DNA of 34,642 nucleotides from Chiloscyllium plagiosum (Eukaryota), in assembly GCF_004010195.1 (NCBI RefSeq), contig NC_057720.1, positions 12,817,765-12,852,406 of the forward strand, written 5' to 3'. The translations under genes were made by a program, and so were the position numbers. Below the pieces are notes generated by a model. The model was not told the DNA's origin and did not search any database. It saw only the letters and a program-made list of their open reading frames with translations. Positions 23,491 to 34,050 of this stretch are shown here, one piece after another. How positions within the stretch are numbered: the first letter of the stretch is position 1; each line of letters starts with the position of its first letter.

Positions 23491-24307
23491 TAAGATTTGG
23501 GTTTTACAAAGCCCGCTGCATGTTAATTCACACAGGAGGCAAACTCTAACATCGAGTGATAGTGATCTACAGCAGGGCTAACTTGCCAATGACACCCAGT
23601 TTTCACAATTTAAACCAGTCCTAATTGCCTGTGTTTGATCCATGTCCCTCCATACCTATCCCATCAATGTGTGCGTCAAAATGTTTCTTAAATGACAAAC
23701 TGATACTTGCTTCCACCACTGCCGCTGGCAGCCCCTTCCAGACACTCACCACCCTCTGTGTGACCAAATTGTCTCTCTGGATCCTTTTGTATCACTCCCC
23801 TCTCACCTTAAACCCATGCCCTCCAGTTTCAGACACTGCTATCATGAGGAAACGCTGGTGGCTATTTACCTTATCAATGCCCCTCAAGATTTTATAAACC
23901 TCAAAAAAGGTCACCTCTCAACCTCCTACGCTCCAGTGAAAAAAATCCCAGCTTATCTAACCTCTCCTCGGACTCAAACCTTCCAGTCCAAGTAGCATTC
24001 TAGTAAAGATTTTCTGCACTCCTTCTAATTTAATAATATTCTTAATAATATCCTTAATAAAAAGAATGATTAATATAACAACAGTACAAACACACCTCAA
24101 TGGCCATACAACATTTGCAGATTTCAGGGCAGGATCATTAACCCTTTCAGCATCCCTCTGTAAACCTTTGGGAAACAAATCATTCCGAGTTTGTGAAATG
24201 CAACAGAGAAATGATTGCTCATAGCATTTGAATTCTCCCAACTAAAACTAGCAATGATTCAGAAAAGACAAAGTCATGAGAAACTTATGTCACAGTTTGG
24301 TGATAAA

Positions 24308-24472
24308 CTAAACAGAATTCTCAAAATAATCATCTGCAAATCGTAACATCTGTACCACAGCAGAGAGTATTAAAATATCTGTATTATATTGAAGCTCATG
24401 AACTGACCAATAATTTTGCACAGGAATTATGCATGAAACTGCAATACCAAGTTGTTTTCCAACTTCCATCAC
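24308..24472 (-). CDS. IFI44L: IFI44/IFI44L-like terminal coding exon
   Basis: Acceptor gctttttctccAG; 165 bp ending in TAG. Reads VMEVGKQLGIAVSCIIPVQNYWSVHELQYNTDILILSAVVQMLRFADDYFENSV* (family motifs PVxNY and DILILSA..QMLR.ADD). Confidence 0.92.
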   Translation of the reverse strand: MMEVGKQLGIAVSCIIPVQNYWSVHELQYNTDILILSAVVQMLRFADDYFENSV

Positions 24473-24804
24473 CTGGAGAAAAAGCATACGATTTATTAGT
24501 GACATAAGAACATAAGATATTTGGTTCATCAAGCTCTTCCTCACTACTAGTTACTTGATAAAGCAAAACAATGTTAGAAGTCAACAAAAGGAAGGGACTT
24601 ACTGTAAGATGTCTACCTTGACTACATTTCTATTTACCCCTTCCCTGTCAACAGCACAGACTTCACCATCAACCATTCAGGTTGTAAGCACCTCAAACAT
24701 GTTGGAAAATTCCAAAAGCTGAATCTTCCCCACTTGATGTCTCATTCCTCTGACCTACCTTACTCACAGTTATGGTCTCCATTACTTGATGGCTGTACAT
24801 AAAA

Positions 24805-25222
24805 CTATAGAATCATAGAACCCGTACAGCATGGAAGCAGGCTATGTGGCCCATCAGGTCCACACTGACCCTCTGAAGAGCATCCCACCAAGATCCAACA
24901 TCTATCCTATCCCTATGACCATGGCTAACCCACCTAACCTGCACAGCCGTGGACACTACAACAATGTGAAGACTGCAGATTACAGAGATCAGACTTGAAA
25001 ATTGTTGAACTGGAAAAGCACAGGTCAGGCAGCATCTGAGGAGCAGGAGAGCTGGATTCCTGATGAAGAGCTTCTGCCTCTCCTATTCCTTGGACGTTAC
25101 CTGACTGGCTTTCCTTTTCCAGCACCACACTTTTCGACTTACATCCCTGGACACCACAGGTAACTTAGCATGGCCAATCCACCTAACCTGCACATCTTTT
25201 GACTGTGGGAGGAAACCAGGAC
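24805..25222 (-). mobile_element. HE1-type SINE interrupted by an old fold-back Penelope fragment (~24961-25140)
   Basis: ttagcatggccaatccacctaacctgcacatcttt; degenerate duplication of tggacac(t/c)aca around the insert. Confidence 0.72.
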
Positions 25223-25399
25223 CAGGACTGGGTCTGATTCCACTGACTCTGCCCCGGATAAGAACAGGCATTTAAGGAAAATAAACTTACAGGAACACAG
25301 GGACGGAGCAGAAGCGATCAGACCAGATTTCACTGCAGAGATCCAACATGATGATCGGTTCAATGGCCTCCTTTTATACCAGAAAGGCAGTGACACCAT

Positions 25400-25590
25400 A
25401 TAGAATCGTACAGGTACAGAAGAGGCTCTTCATCAAGTCTGTACTACCACTGCACCACACTAAAATAAACTACAATAAACTACACTGTCCCGCACTGGGC
25501 CCATAGCTTTGAATGTCATGACATTTCAAGTTCTCATCCAAGTATTTCTTCAGGTTTGTGAGGGTCCCCACATCCACTACATCCCCCACA
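25400..25590 (-). mobile_element. Old CR1-like 3' tail fragment
   Basis: atagaatcgtacaggtacagaagaggc...catccaagtatttctt. Confidence 0.5.
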
Positions 25591-25697
25591 AATTCCACAT
25601 CACTTCATAAAGAAAGCCACAAATTCATAGCTTGAACACTGGTACGTTCACCTTGTAAATGACGACACTGTTACTGAATGTACGGTAAGAACTGTAC

Positions 25698-25798
25698 CTT
25701 TTCTGCAATGAGATCACTCCGGTAGACAGTTTCCACATCTTTCCCAACCATAGGGCATTCTTCATCCACTTTTGTTAGTAAGACAATCTGTGGAACCT
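25698..25798 (-). CDS. IFI44L: IFI44/IFI44L-like coding exon (G4-like TKVD)
   Basis: Acceptor tttcatttctAG and donor AAG|GTACAG; 101 bp, phase 1/0, compatible with both neighbours. Reads EVPQIVLLTKVDEECPMVGKDVETVYRSDLIAEK. Confidence 0.92.
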
Positions 25799-26118
25799 CT
25801 AGAAATGAAATGAATAATTCATTTATTAGTAAATTAACTCCTCCGATGGGTTACAATATCTGATAGTAAACTGAGCAGTATTCGACTGAAATACATTGTT
25901 AATTATTCTCCTTCAGAAAGTAAATCTCTAAAGAAGGGTAACTCATGTGATTAAAAAACTGACCATTTGATCATTTTGTTCATGACTGCTTGCTGAAACT
26001 TGCTATATCCACATTGACCATCATAACACCTCCACAATGAAAGCAACTTTACTTCAAAAGTACTTCATTGTCTGAAAAGTATTTGGTTATGTCCAGTGGT
26101 TGTGCAAGTAGTACAGCA

Positions 26119-26223
26119 CTGTGGTGTCATTCCTGAAGAAGGGCTAATGCCCGAAACGTCGATTCTCCTGTTCCCTAGATGCTGCCTGACCTGCTGCGCT
26201 TCTCCAGCAACACATTTCCATCT
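26119..26223 (+). mobile_element. 105-bp Penelope pLTR insertion
   Basis: Exact 14-bp TSD caagtagtacagca at 26105-26118 and 26224-26237. Confidence 0.85.
26129..26164 (+). ncRNA. Minimal hammerhead ribozyme motif
   Basis: attc CTGAAGA a GGGC taat GCCC GAAAC GTC gatt. Confidence 0.68.
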
Positions 26224-26239
26224 CAAGTAGTACAGCATG

Positions 26240-26650
26240 CAATTAGGAAGGCAAATGGTACATTGGTCAGGGGGATGAGAAGATATTGAATTGAGACATT
26301 TAAATTCTTAACAAACTAGATGCAGGGAGGATGATTCCCCTGAATGGTGAGTCTGGAACCAGAGATCATAATCTTAGGGTACAGGGTTAGCCATCTGGAA
26401 CTGTGAGGAGGAAACACGTCTTCATTCAAAAGATGATGAAGCTGTGGAATTCTCAGAAGACTGAGGAGGTCAAAACATTGAATACCCTCAGGAAACTGAT
26501 AAATTGTTAAATATTAAAAGCATGAAGAGGTATGTGGAGAAAGCAGGAATGTGGTGTTGAGACAGAGGATCAGCCAACCCCATATTGAATGACAGGGCAG
26601 ACTCAAAGAGCTGAATGGTTGACTATAGCTAATAGTTTTGATGTTTCTAT
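26240..26650 (+). mobile_element. Highly degenerate CR1 3' fragments
   Basis: aattaggaaggcaaatggta, gagtctggaaccagagatcataatct and gctgtggaattctc remnants. Confidence 0.55.
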
Positions 26651-28506
26651 AAATGCAGAATCTTGCTTTAGAATATATGAGAGAGCAGAAAGGCATAGAA
26701 CCTAGAACATAGAACATTATAGCGCAGTACAGACCCTTCAGCCCTCACTGTGCCAACCTGTGAAACCAATGTGAAGCCGATCTAACCTACACCATTCCAT
26801 TTTTATCCATATGTCTGTCCAGTGGCCATTTAAATGCCCTTAAAGTTGGCGAGTCAACTACTGTTGCAGGCAATGCATTCCACGCCCTTACTATTCTCTG
26901 AGTAAAGAAAACTATCTGGCTTTATCCTATATCTATCACCCCTCAATTTAAAGCTACGTCCCCTCGTGATAGCCATCACCATCTGAGGAAAAAGGCTCTC
27001 CCTGTCCACCCTATCTAACCCTCTGATCATCTTGCATGTCTCTATTAAGTCACCACTCAATCTTCTTCTCTCTAATGAAAAAAGCCTCAGGTTCCTCAGC
27101 TTTTCTTCATAAGTCATTCCCCCCATACCAGGCAGCATCTGAGTAAATCTCCTCTGAACCCTTTCCAAAGCTTGCACATCCTTCCGATAATGCGGTTACC
27201 AGAACTGTACGCAGTACTCCAAGTGCGACTGCACTGAGGTTTGTACAGCTGCAGTATGACCTCTTGGCTCCGAAACTCAGTCCCTCAACAAATAAAAGCT
27301 AACACACCGTATGCCTTCTTAACTGCCCTGTCAATCTGGGTGGCAACTTTCAAGGATCTACATACATGGACACCAAGATCTATCTGCTCATCTATACTAT
27401 GAAGAATCTTACCATTCGCCTAGTACTCTGTGTTCCTGTTACTCCTTTCAAAGTGAATAACCTCATACTTTTCGCATTATACTCCATTTGCCACATCTCA
27501 GTCCAACTCTGCAGCTTATCTATGTCCCTCTGTAACCTACAACATCCTTTGGCACTACCCACAGCTCTACTGACCTTAGTATCATTCTGCACATTTACTA
27601 AGCCATCCATCTACACACTCATCCAGGTCATTTATAAAACTGATAAACAGCAGTGGCCCCAAAATAGATCCCCGTGATACACCATTAGTAACTGAACTCC
27701 AGGCTGAACATTTCCCATCAAGCACCACCCGCTGTCTTCCTTCAGCTAGCCAAGTTCCAATCCAAACTCGTATATCACCCTGAATCCCAGGCCTCCATAT
27801 TTTGTGCAATAGCCTCCAGTGGGGGACCTTATCAAATGCCTTACTGAAATCCATATATATCACATCAACTGCTTTACCCTCATCCACCTGTTTGGTCACC
27901 TTGTTAAAGAGCTCAGTAAGGTTCGTGAGGCATGACCTACACTTCACAAAACTATTATTCCTTTCTAGAAGATTATAAATCCTTCCTTTTATAATCTTGT
28001 CCAACACTTTACCCACAACTGAAGGAAGGCTCACTGATGTATAATCACCAGGGTTGTCTCTACTCCCCTTCTTGAACAAGGGAACAACATTTGCTATCCT
28101 CCAGTCTTTCAGCATTATTCCTGTAGACAATGATGACATAAAGATCAAAGCCAAAGGCTCTGCAATCTCCTCCCTGGCTTCTCAGAGAATCCTAGGATAA
28201 ATCTTATCCAGCCCAACGGACTTAACTATTTTCACATGTTCCCGAATTGCTAACACCTCCTCCTTGTGAACATGAATCCCATCTAGTCGAGCAGCCTGTA
28301 TCTCAGTATTCTCCTCAACAACATTGTCTTTTTCCAGTGTGATTATGACAAAATATATTCGTTTAGCATGTGCCCTATCTCAGGATTTGGAGACGCTGGT
28401 ATTGGACTGGGGTATACAAAGTTAAAAACCGCACAACACCAGGTTGTAGTCCAAAGGGTTTATTTGGAAGCACTTGCTTTTGGAGCACTGCTTCTTCATC
28501 AGGTGG

Positions 28507-28735
28507 GTAAAAACAACGACTGCAGATGCTGGAAACCAGATTCTGGATTAGTGGTGCTGGAAAAGCACAGCAGTTCAGGCAGCATCCGAGTAGCAGTAAA
28601 ATCGACGTTTCGGGCAAAAGCCCTTCATCAGGAATACAGGTCCTGATGAAGGGCTTTTGCCCGAATTGTCGATTTTACTGCTCCTCGGATGCTGCCTGAA
28701 CTGCTGTGCTTTTCCAGCACCACTAATCCAGAATC
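28507..28735. mobile_element. Nested fold-back Penelope pLTR pair
   Basis: Exact 13-bp TSD cttcatcaggtgg at 28494-28506 and 28736-28748; ~90-bp inverted arms. Confidence 0.85.
28600..28635 (-). ncRNA. Minimal hammerhead ribozyme motif, sense to the IFI44L-like pre-mRNA
   Basis: Minus strand reads attc CTGATGA a GGGC tttt GCCC GAAAC GTC gatt. Confidence 0.7.
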
Positions 28736-30393
28736 CTTCATCAGGTGGTTGTGGAGTGTGAGATCGTAACACACAGAAGTTATCGCAAAAGTTTACAGTG
28801 TGATGTAACTGAAATTATATATTGAAAAAGGACTGGATTGTTTGTTAAGTTTCTCATCTTTTAGATGAACATGTTGGTTTCAGTTCTTTCATATGTAAAT
28901 TGCAGAACATTTAAAAGTTACATTCTCAAGTGAACTTTACTAATCGGTATCACGTCGGCCTGGATAATGCATTGAAGCTGTGAGGTGCCCCGTGTGAGAC
29001 TGTCTGTGCCACAATGGTCAGACTGATTCTAATTTAAAAAATGGATTTACAGAATCTTACACAGATTAATGCAGCTTTTGAGCAAAGTAATATGTAATTC
29101 TGCAAGCATAAATTCACCTCACAAACTTTTATGTGTGTGTGCGTGTGGTGTGGCGGGGGAACGGGGCTATGAGTGTCTGTGAGAGAGTGTGTGTATGTGT
29201 GTGAGTGTAAAGGAGTATAAGTCTGTGAGGAGGTGCATGTGTGAGTGTGAGAGTGTAGATGTGAGTGTATGAGAAAGGGTCTGCGTGAGTGTATAGGACT
29301 GTTCGAGTGTGTGTGTCTGTAGAAGTGTGTGCGTGTGTGTCTGTAGAAGTGTGTGTGTGCGTGTATATAGGAGTGTCTGTGTGTCTGTGTGTGTGTCTGT
29401 AGAAGTGTGTGTGTGCGTGTATATAGGAGTGTCTGTGTGTCTGTGTGTGTGTCTGTAGAAGTGTGTGTGTGCGTGTATATAGGAGTATCTGTCTGTGTGT
29501 GACTGTGTGTGTCTGTGTGTCTGTGTGTATTGCAATGGGATCACCTGCAATGTGACATGAACCCAAAGTCCCGGTTGAGGCCATCCCCATGGCTATCAGT
29601 CTCTGCTCTGTACCCATGGGGATGGCCTCAACTGGGAGCTTGGGTTCATGTCATACCACAAGTGACCCCACTGCACTGTTTTCACACACACACACAAACT
29701 CATGCAGACCCTCTCGCATACACCTGCGCATTCACTCCCACACTCACATGCACCCTCTCACAGACTTATACCCCTTCACACTCTCACACACACACTCCCT
29801 CACAGACACTCATAACCTCCGATCCCCCCCGCGACTCCTCCCCCCACACCTACACAGAAGTTTGTGGGGTGAATTTGTAGTTGCAGAATTACATTTTACT
29901 TTGCTCAAAAACTGCATGAATCCAACTGTAAGATTCTGTAAATCTGTTCTTTAGATTAGAATCAGTCTGACCATTGTGGCACAGTCTCACACAGGCAAGC
30001 TCACACCTTCAATGCATTATCCAGGCTGACATGATATCAATTATTAAAGTTCACTTGAGAATGTAGCTTTTAAATGTTTTGCGATTTACATATGAAAGAA
30101 ATGAAACCAACATGTTCATTCTAAAAGATAAGAGACTTAACAAACAATCCAGTCCTTTTTCAATATATAATTTCAGTTACATCACACTGTAAACTTCTGC
30201 TATAAATTCTGTGTCTTACGATCATATATTCTATAACCACCTGATGAAGGAGCAGCGCTCCAAAAGCTGGTGCTTCCAAATATACCTGTTAGACTATAAC
30301 CTGGTGTTGTGTGGTTTTTGACTTTGTCCTACCTCCTTGGACATCATGGATAATTTCCCACTACTAACCTTGATTGGCCCTAATCTTACTTTG

Positions 30394-30600
30394 AGAGAAA
30401 GTGAGGGCTGCAGATGCTGGAGATCAGAGCTGAAAATGTGTTGCTGGAAAAGCGCAGCAGGTCAGGCAGCATCCAGGGAACAGGAGAATCGACGTTTCAG
30501 GCACAAGCCTTCCTGAAGAAGGGCTTATGCCCGAAACGTCGATTCTCCTGTTCCTTGGATGCTGCCTGACCTGCTGCGCTTTTCCAGCAACACATTTTCA
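30394..30600. mobile_element. Fold-back Penelope pLTR pair
   Basis: Exact 17-bp TSD gccctaatcttactttg at 30377-30393 and 30601-30617. Confidence 0.87.
30509..30544 (+). ncRNA. Minimal hammerhead ribozyme motif
   Basis: cttc CTGAAGA a GGGC ttat GCCC GAAAC GTC gatt. Confidence 0.62.
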
Positions 30601-31367
30601 GCCCTAATCTTACTTTGGTCATTCTTTTATTCATGATATACGGACAGAAAGCCTTAGGGTTTTCCTTGATCCTAAAAAGACCCTTCAGTCCAACCCGTCC
30701 ATGCCGACCAGATATCCCAACCCAATCTAGTCCCACCTGCCAGCACCCGGCCCATATCCCACCCCCAATGACATTTCATGGTCCATCCTCGCTCTTCTTA
30801 GCTCTCACTTTAAGTCTTTCCTGGTTAACTTGCAACTATCAAGCGCCTAACTGAGCCTTCACATCTCAATCCTAATACAAGCCTTCTTCTTCCTCTTGTC
30901 AAGAGCTTCAACTTTAGTAGACCACGGTTCCCTCGCTTGACTACTTCCTCCCTGCGTAACAGGTACATATTCATCAAGGACAGGCAGTAGCTATTCCTTG
31001 AGAAAGCTCCACATTTCAACTTTGCCCATCCCCTGCCGTTTTCTTCCCCATCCTATGCATCCTAAATCTTGCTAATCGCATTATAATTGCCTTGTTCCCC
31101 AGGTATAACTCTTAAAATGAGAAGTATAATTGGTACTCGCACTGAAAAAAGTTAACCCGATCTGTTTGTTAACAATTTATCATCATTAATTACTGCATTC
31201 TCCATGGTAATACCTCCACCAAAATCCACTTGCCAACCAATCAGCATAGCATCTGACAGAGTGTAAATGCTTGTTTCCCCCGTTGGTATTCTTGTGAACT
31301 GTCCTGATGAGTTCAAGACAAATTGGCTTTTATTTCAGTGATACTCAGTACAGAATGCAACACTCAC

Positions 31368-31530
31368 CCAATTCATCAATCTTTGATCGAATGGCACAGA
31401 TTTTCGTTTTCATTTCAGTGGACAGCATAGGGGTTTTACTCACATCAATCACATATGCAACACAATGTATCTTCTCTTTAATAGCTCTTGGCGATATGTC
31501 ACCAGCTTTGAATGGGGAATCAACTGCAAA
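31368..31530 (-). CDS. IFI44L: IFI44/IFI44L-like coding exon
   Basis: Acceptor ttcttttccttgtAG and donor G|GTGAGT; 163 bp, phase 0/1. Reads FAVDSPFKAGDISPRAIKEKIHCVAYVIDVSKTPMLSTEMKTKICAIRSKIDEL (family motif KIHCVAYVID). Not in the ORF track; translated by hand. Confidence 0.92.
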
Positions 31531-31978
31531 CTACAAGGAAAAGAACCTGACTTTAAAATGATATTTACATTTTTATTCATTTAGGCATCATTGGTGAGGC
31601 TGGGATTTAGAATCCATCCGAGCTGACCTCGAGATCATGCTGATTATGGTGCAAAGTTACAATCGTTCTGAAAGAGTTAGACTTTGAGCTGAATTGTTGA
31701 CAATGACACAAATCCTTAGGGTGGAGAATCAGGCAGATTCTGGAACTGTCTCCTGATGGAGACACATGTGCTTTCCCTACCTCTTGGCAGTAACAGGCAA
31801 TAAGCCGATGAGCAAATCAAATTAATTATAAAGATTCGGCAAGTATTGTTAAAGGAATAGCATCACTCGACATCACAAAAGCAGCCGTCTAACCATTTTA
31901 GATCAGATTGCTTACACATTTAGCCACAAATAATGAAGGGGGGGAACGAAATAAAAAGAAAAAAGAAAACCAGGTTAC

Positions 31979-32119
31979 CTTATACTTGTTCGGAATATGT
32001 CCTTTGATGATACTGATAATATCATCACTGTGCAGCCCTGACACAGTATCTTCTGCAAGTCCCATTGTATCACAAAGGGTCAGAGGAGGAGTGTCATTTC
32101 TGAAGGAGTATGTCGAATA
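31979..32119 (-). CDS. IFI44L: IFI44/IFI44L-like coding exon (G3 DxxG)
   Basis: Acceptor tttttgtttaattgcAG and donor AAG|GTAACC; 141 bp, phase 0/0. Reads YSTYSFRNDTPPLTLCDTMGLAEDTVSGLHSDDIISIIKGHIPNKYK (LCDTMGL motif). Confidence 0.93.
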
Positions 32120-32495
32120 CTGCAATTAAACAAAAATACCAAAGCTCAAAGTGAAATCACTTGCAAGGTAAACTAACAAAAATAGCCCTGAAGGATCTGC
32201 CATCACAGAATGTGGGAATTACTTGGACAAAAAGTGACAAGATATTTCTAGGTTCCTTCTAGCATCATGACCATCGCCTGATAGAGCGATAGTGGAATTG
32301 TCAGATGACCATTGCTACAGCTGATTCAGGGAGAAAAATAATCTGACAATGCTAGGGCAGCACAGTGGCAGAGTAGGGCAGCACAGCAAACCACTGGATC
32401 ATCTCAATTGCTGCAAAGCACTTTTGAAACTGCACATCATTTTCAGTATTTCTCAAGGCAAAACATTCTAAACTACGTTTGTAAAACTCTGAGTG

Positions 32496-32745
32496 GGTTA
32501 CATTTCTGGGTCACCACGTTTTCAGAAGGATTTCAAGGTCTTTGAGAAGGTGCAGAGATTTATCAGCTTTGTTCCAAAATTTAGCTGTGAGGTTTTGGCT
32601 GAAAAAGCTGGGGTTGCACTGCTTCGAGTGAAGGAGGTTGAGGGGAGATTTGATCAAGGTGGACAGGTTTAGGTAAGGAAGAAAACGAACAACTGTTCCA
32701 TTAATTGGTTGTACAAGGAACAAGGGGAAAGAGATTTAAGGTTTT
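32496..32745 (+). mobile_element. Degenerate CR1 3' fragment
   Basis: ttctgggtcaccacgttttcagaagga...gaaggaggttgaggggagatttgatcaagg. Confidence 0.6.
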
Positions 32746-32749
32746 GATT

Positions 32750-33180
32750 TGATTTATTGAAACGTGTACCTAAGCACAGTGAAAAGCTTTGTTTAAGTAA
32801 ACAGGCTGATCATAGTAAGCAAGGACATGCAGATCACAGGGTGAAAGAACTTGGACAGAGTAAGGCATACAGGTTTGTCTTTGATGATGTTGGCAGCCTT
32901 CCTGCTGCAACAAGATGTGTAAATGGAATCCATCAATGGCAGGTTGGCTTCTGTGATTATCTGGGCTGTGCACACAACCTTCTGTATTTTGTTATGGTCC
33001 TGGGCAGAGCAGTGACCACCCCATGCCAAATTACACCCAGATAGAATGCTTTCAATGGTTGGTGAGGATCCTATGGACATGCAAAATTTCCTGAGCCACC
33101 TCAGGAAGGAGAGGTGTTATTGTGGCTTCTTGACCATCGCATCTACCTGGGTGCTCCAGGACAGGTTTTGGACAATAAAT
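32750..33180 (-). mobile_element. Rex1/Babar-type LINE 3' fragment
   Basis: TIESILSGC..W.G.CSAQDH.KIQKVV.TAQ.IT..NLP.MDSIYTS...KAANIIKD. Confidence 0.7.
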
Positions 33181-33199
33181 TCTGGGGGGAAAGAGGAAA

Positions 33200-33514
33200 T
33201 AGGGTGGTACATTGGCTCAGTGGTTAACACTGTTGCCTCACAGCGCCAGGTACCCAGGTTCAATTCCAGCCTCGGGTGACTGTCTGTGTGAAGTTTAGAC
33301 ACATTCTCCCCGAGCCTACAGGGGTGTGCTTTGGTATCTTTGCACAATCCAAAGATGTGCAGGTTAGGCGAATTGGCCATGCAAGATTGTCTATAGTGGT
33401 CAGGGATGTGTAGATTAGGTGCATTATTCAGCAGTAAAATCCTAGGATAATAGGTCTGGTGGGTTACTCTTCAGAGGGCCGAAATGGACTTGTTGGGCTG
33501 AAGGGCCTGTTTCC
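33200..33514 (+). mobile_element. HE1/V-SINE-type SINE with truncated tail
   Basis: Box A tggctcagtggttaac, box B ggttcaattcc and tccaaagatgtgcaggttaggcgaattggccatgc. Confidence 0.85.
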
Positions 33515-33601
33515 AAATTTTGGAACAAAGCTGATAAATCTCTGCACCTTCTCAAAGACCTTGAAATCCTTCTGAAAACGTGGTGACCCAGAAATGTAAC
33601 C
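33515..33601 (-). repeat. Perfect 87-bp inverted copy of 32496-32582
   Basis: Base-by-base reverse-complement match. Confidence 0.95.
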
Positions 33602-34050
33602 TTCTTACACAGCAATTAGCCTGAATTGTGCAGCCTGTGAGGCTGAAAGAAGCAGTGACAAACATTGGTGGTTTTAATGGGAAAAGACCATTTAGCAGTA
33701 TTGTCTACACTGACTCTACAATGCTCTAAATTCACTCAGTGGGTCAAGGAATTCAACTCTTGAGCAAGATCCGTTCAGACCAAAAACAGACAGCCACGTT
33801 TATTCACCAGCCTGTACAATAGAGATGCTGTGATCACAAACCTACCCATGGGGAGGGTGAATCACCTGGATTATCAATGAATAGTGCGTGCAGACATTGC
33901 TGGATTGATACTTTCTATCAATGTTGATACAGGATTAATAGCATTTCAAAGGGTGTAAGAGACTAGAGAGCAATGCAAGAATCAAGTACAGAGGATGCGA
34001 AATACATTGGCAAGAAAAATATAAAGCCGTATCTGCACTTCTATATTTAC

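Larger units (their letters stand above)
12226..24727. repeat. Right arm of large inverted segmental duplication
   Basis: Mirror of 111-8600, longer because of arm-specific insertions. The inner boundary lies inside a shared CR1 and is approximate. Confidence 0.93.
28383..30327. mobile_element. ~1.9-kb fold-back of two head-to-head Penelope 3' ends
   Basis: ~28410-29590 is the reverse complement of ~29612-30327. Both arms begin in the endonuclease tail (HGDGLN..GFMS) and include GT/CA microsatellites. Confidence 0.85.
26695..31110 (-). mobile_element. Long CR1 LINE in an IFI44L-like intron, broken by nested Penelope insertions
   Basis: RT peptides at 27582-28154 (YMDFSKAFDKVPH) and 26854-27177. 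Continues at 30328-30393 and 30601-31110 (KENPKAF). Confidence 0.88.

Noticed and set aside
30237..30272. Second-family hammerhead (cac CTGATGA a GGAGC agc GCTCC aaaagctggtg)
   Set aside because: GAAA box mutated to AAAA and cleavage triplet altered; a relic only.
31301..31330. gtcCTGATGAgttcaagac hammerhead-like start
   Set aside because: No GAAA box or cleavage triplet follows.
33200..33275. tRNA gene-like A and B boxes (also 3590-3650 and 21150-21166)
   Set aside because: These are SINE heads continuous with SINE bodies; no complete cloverleaf is evident.
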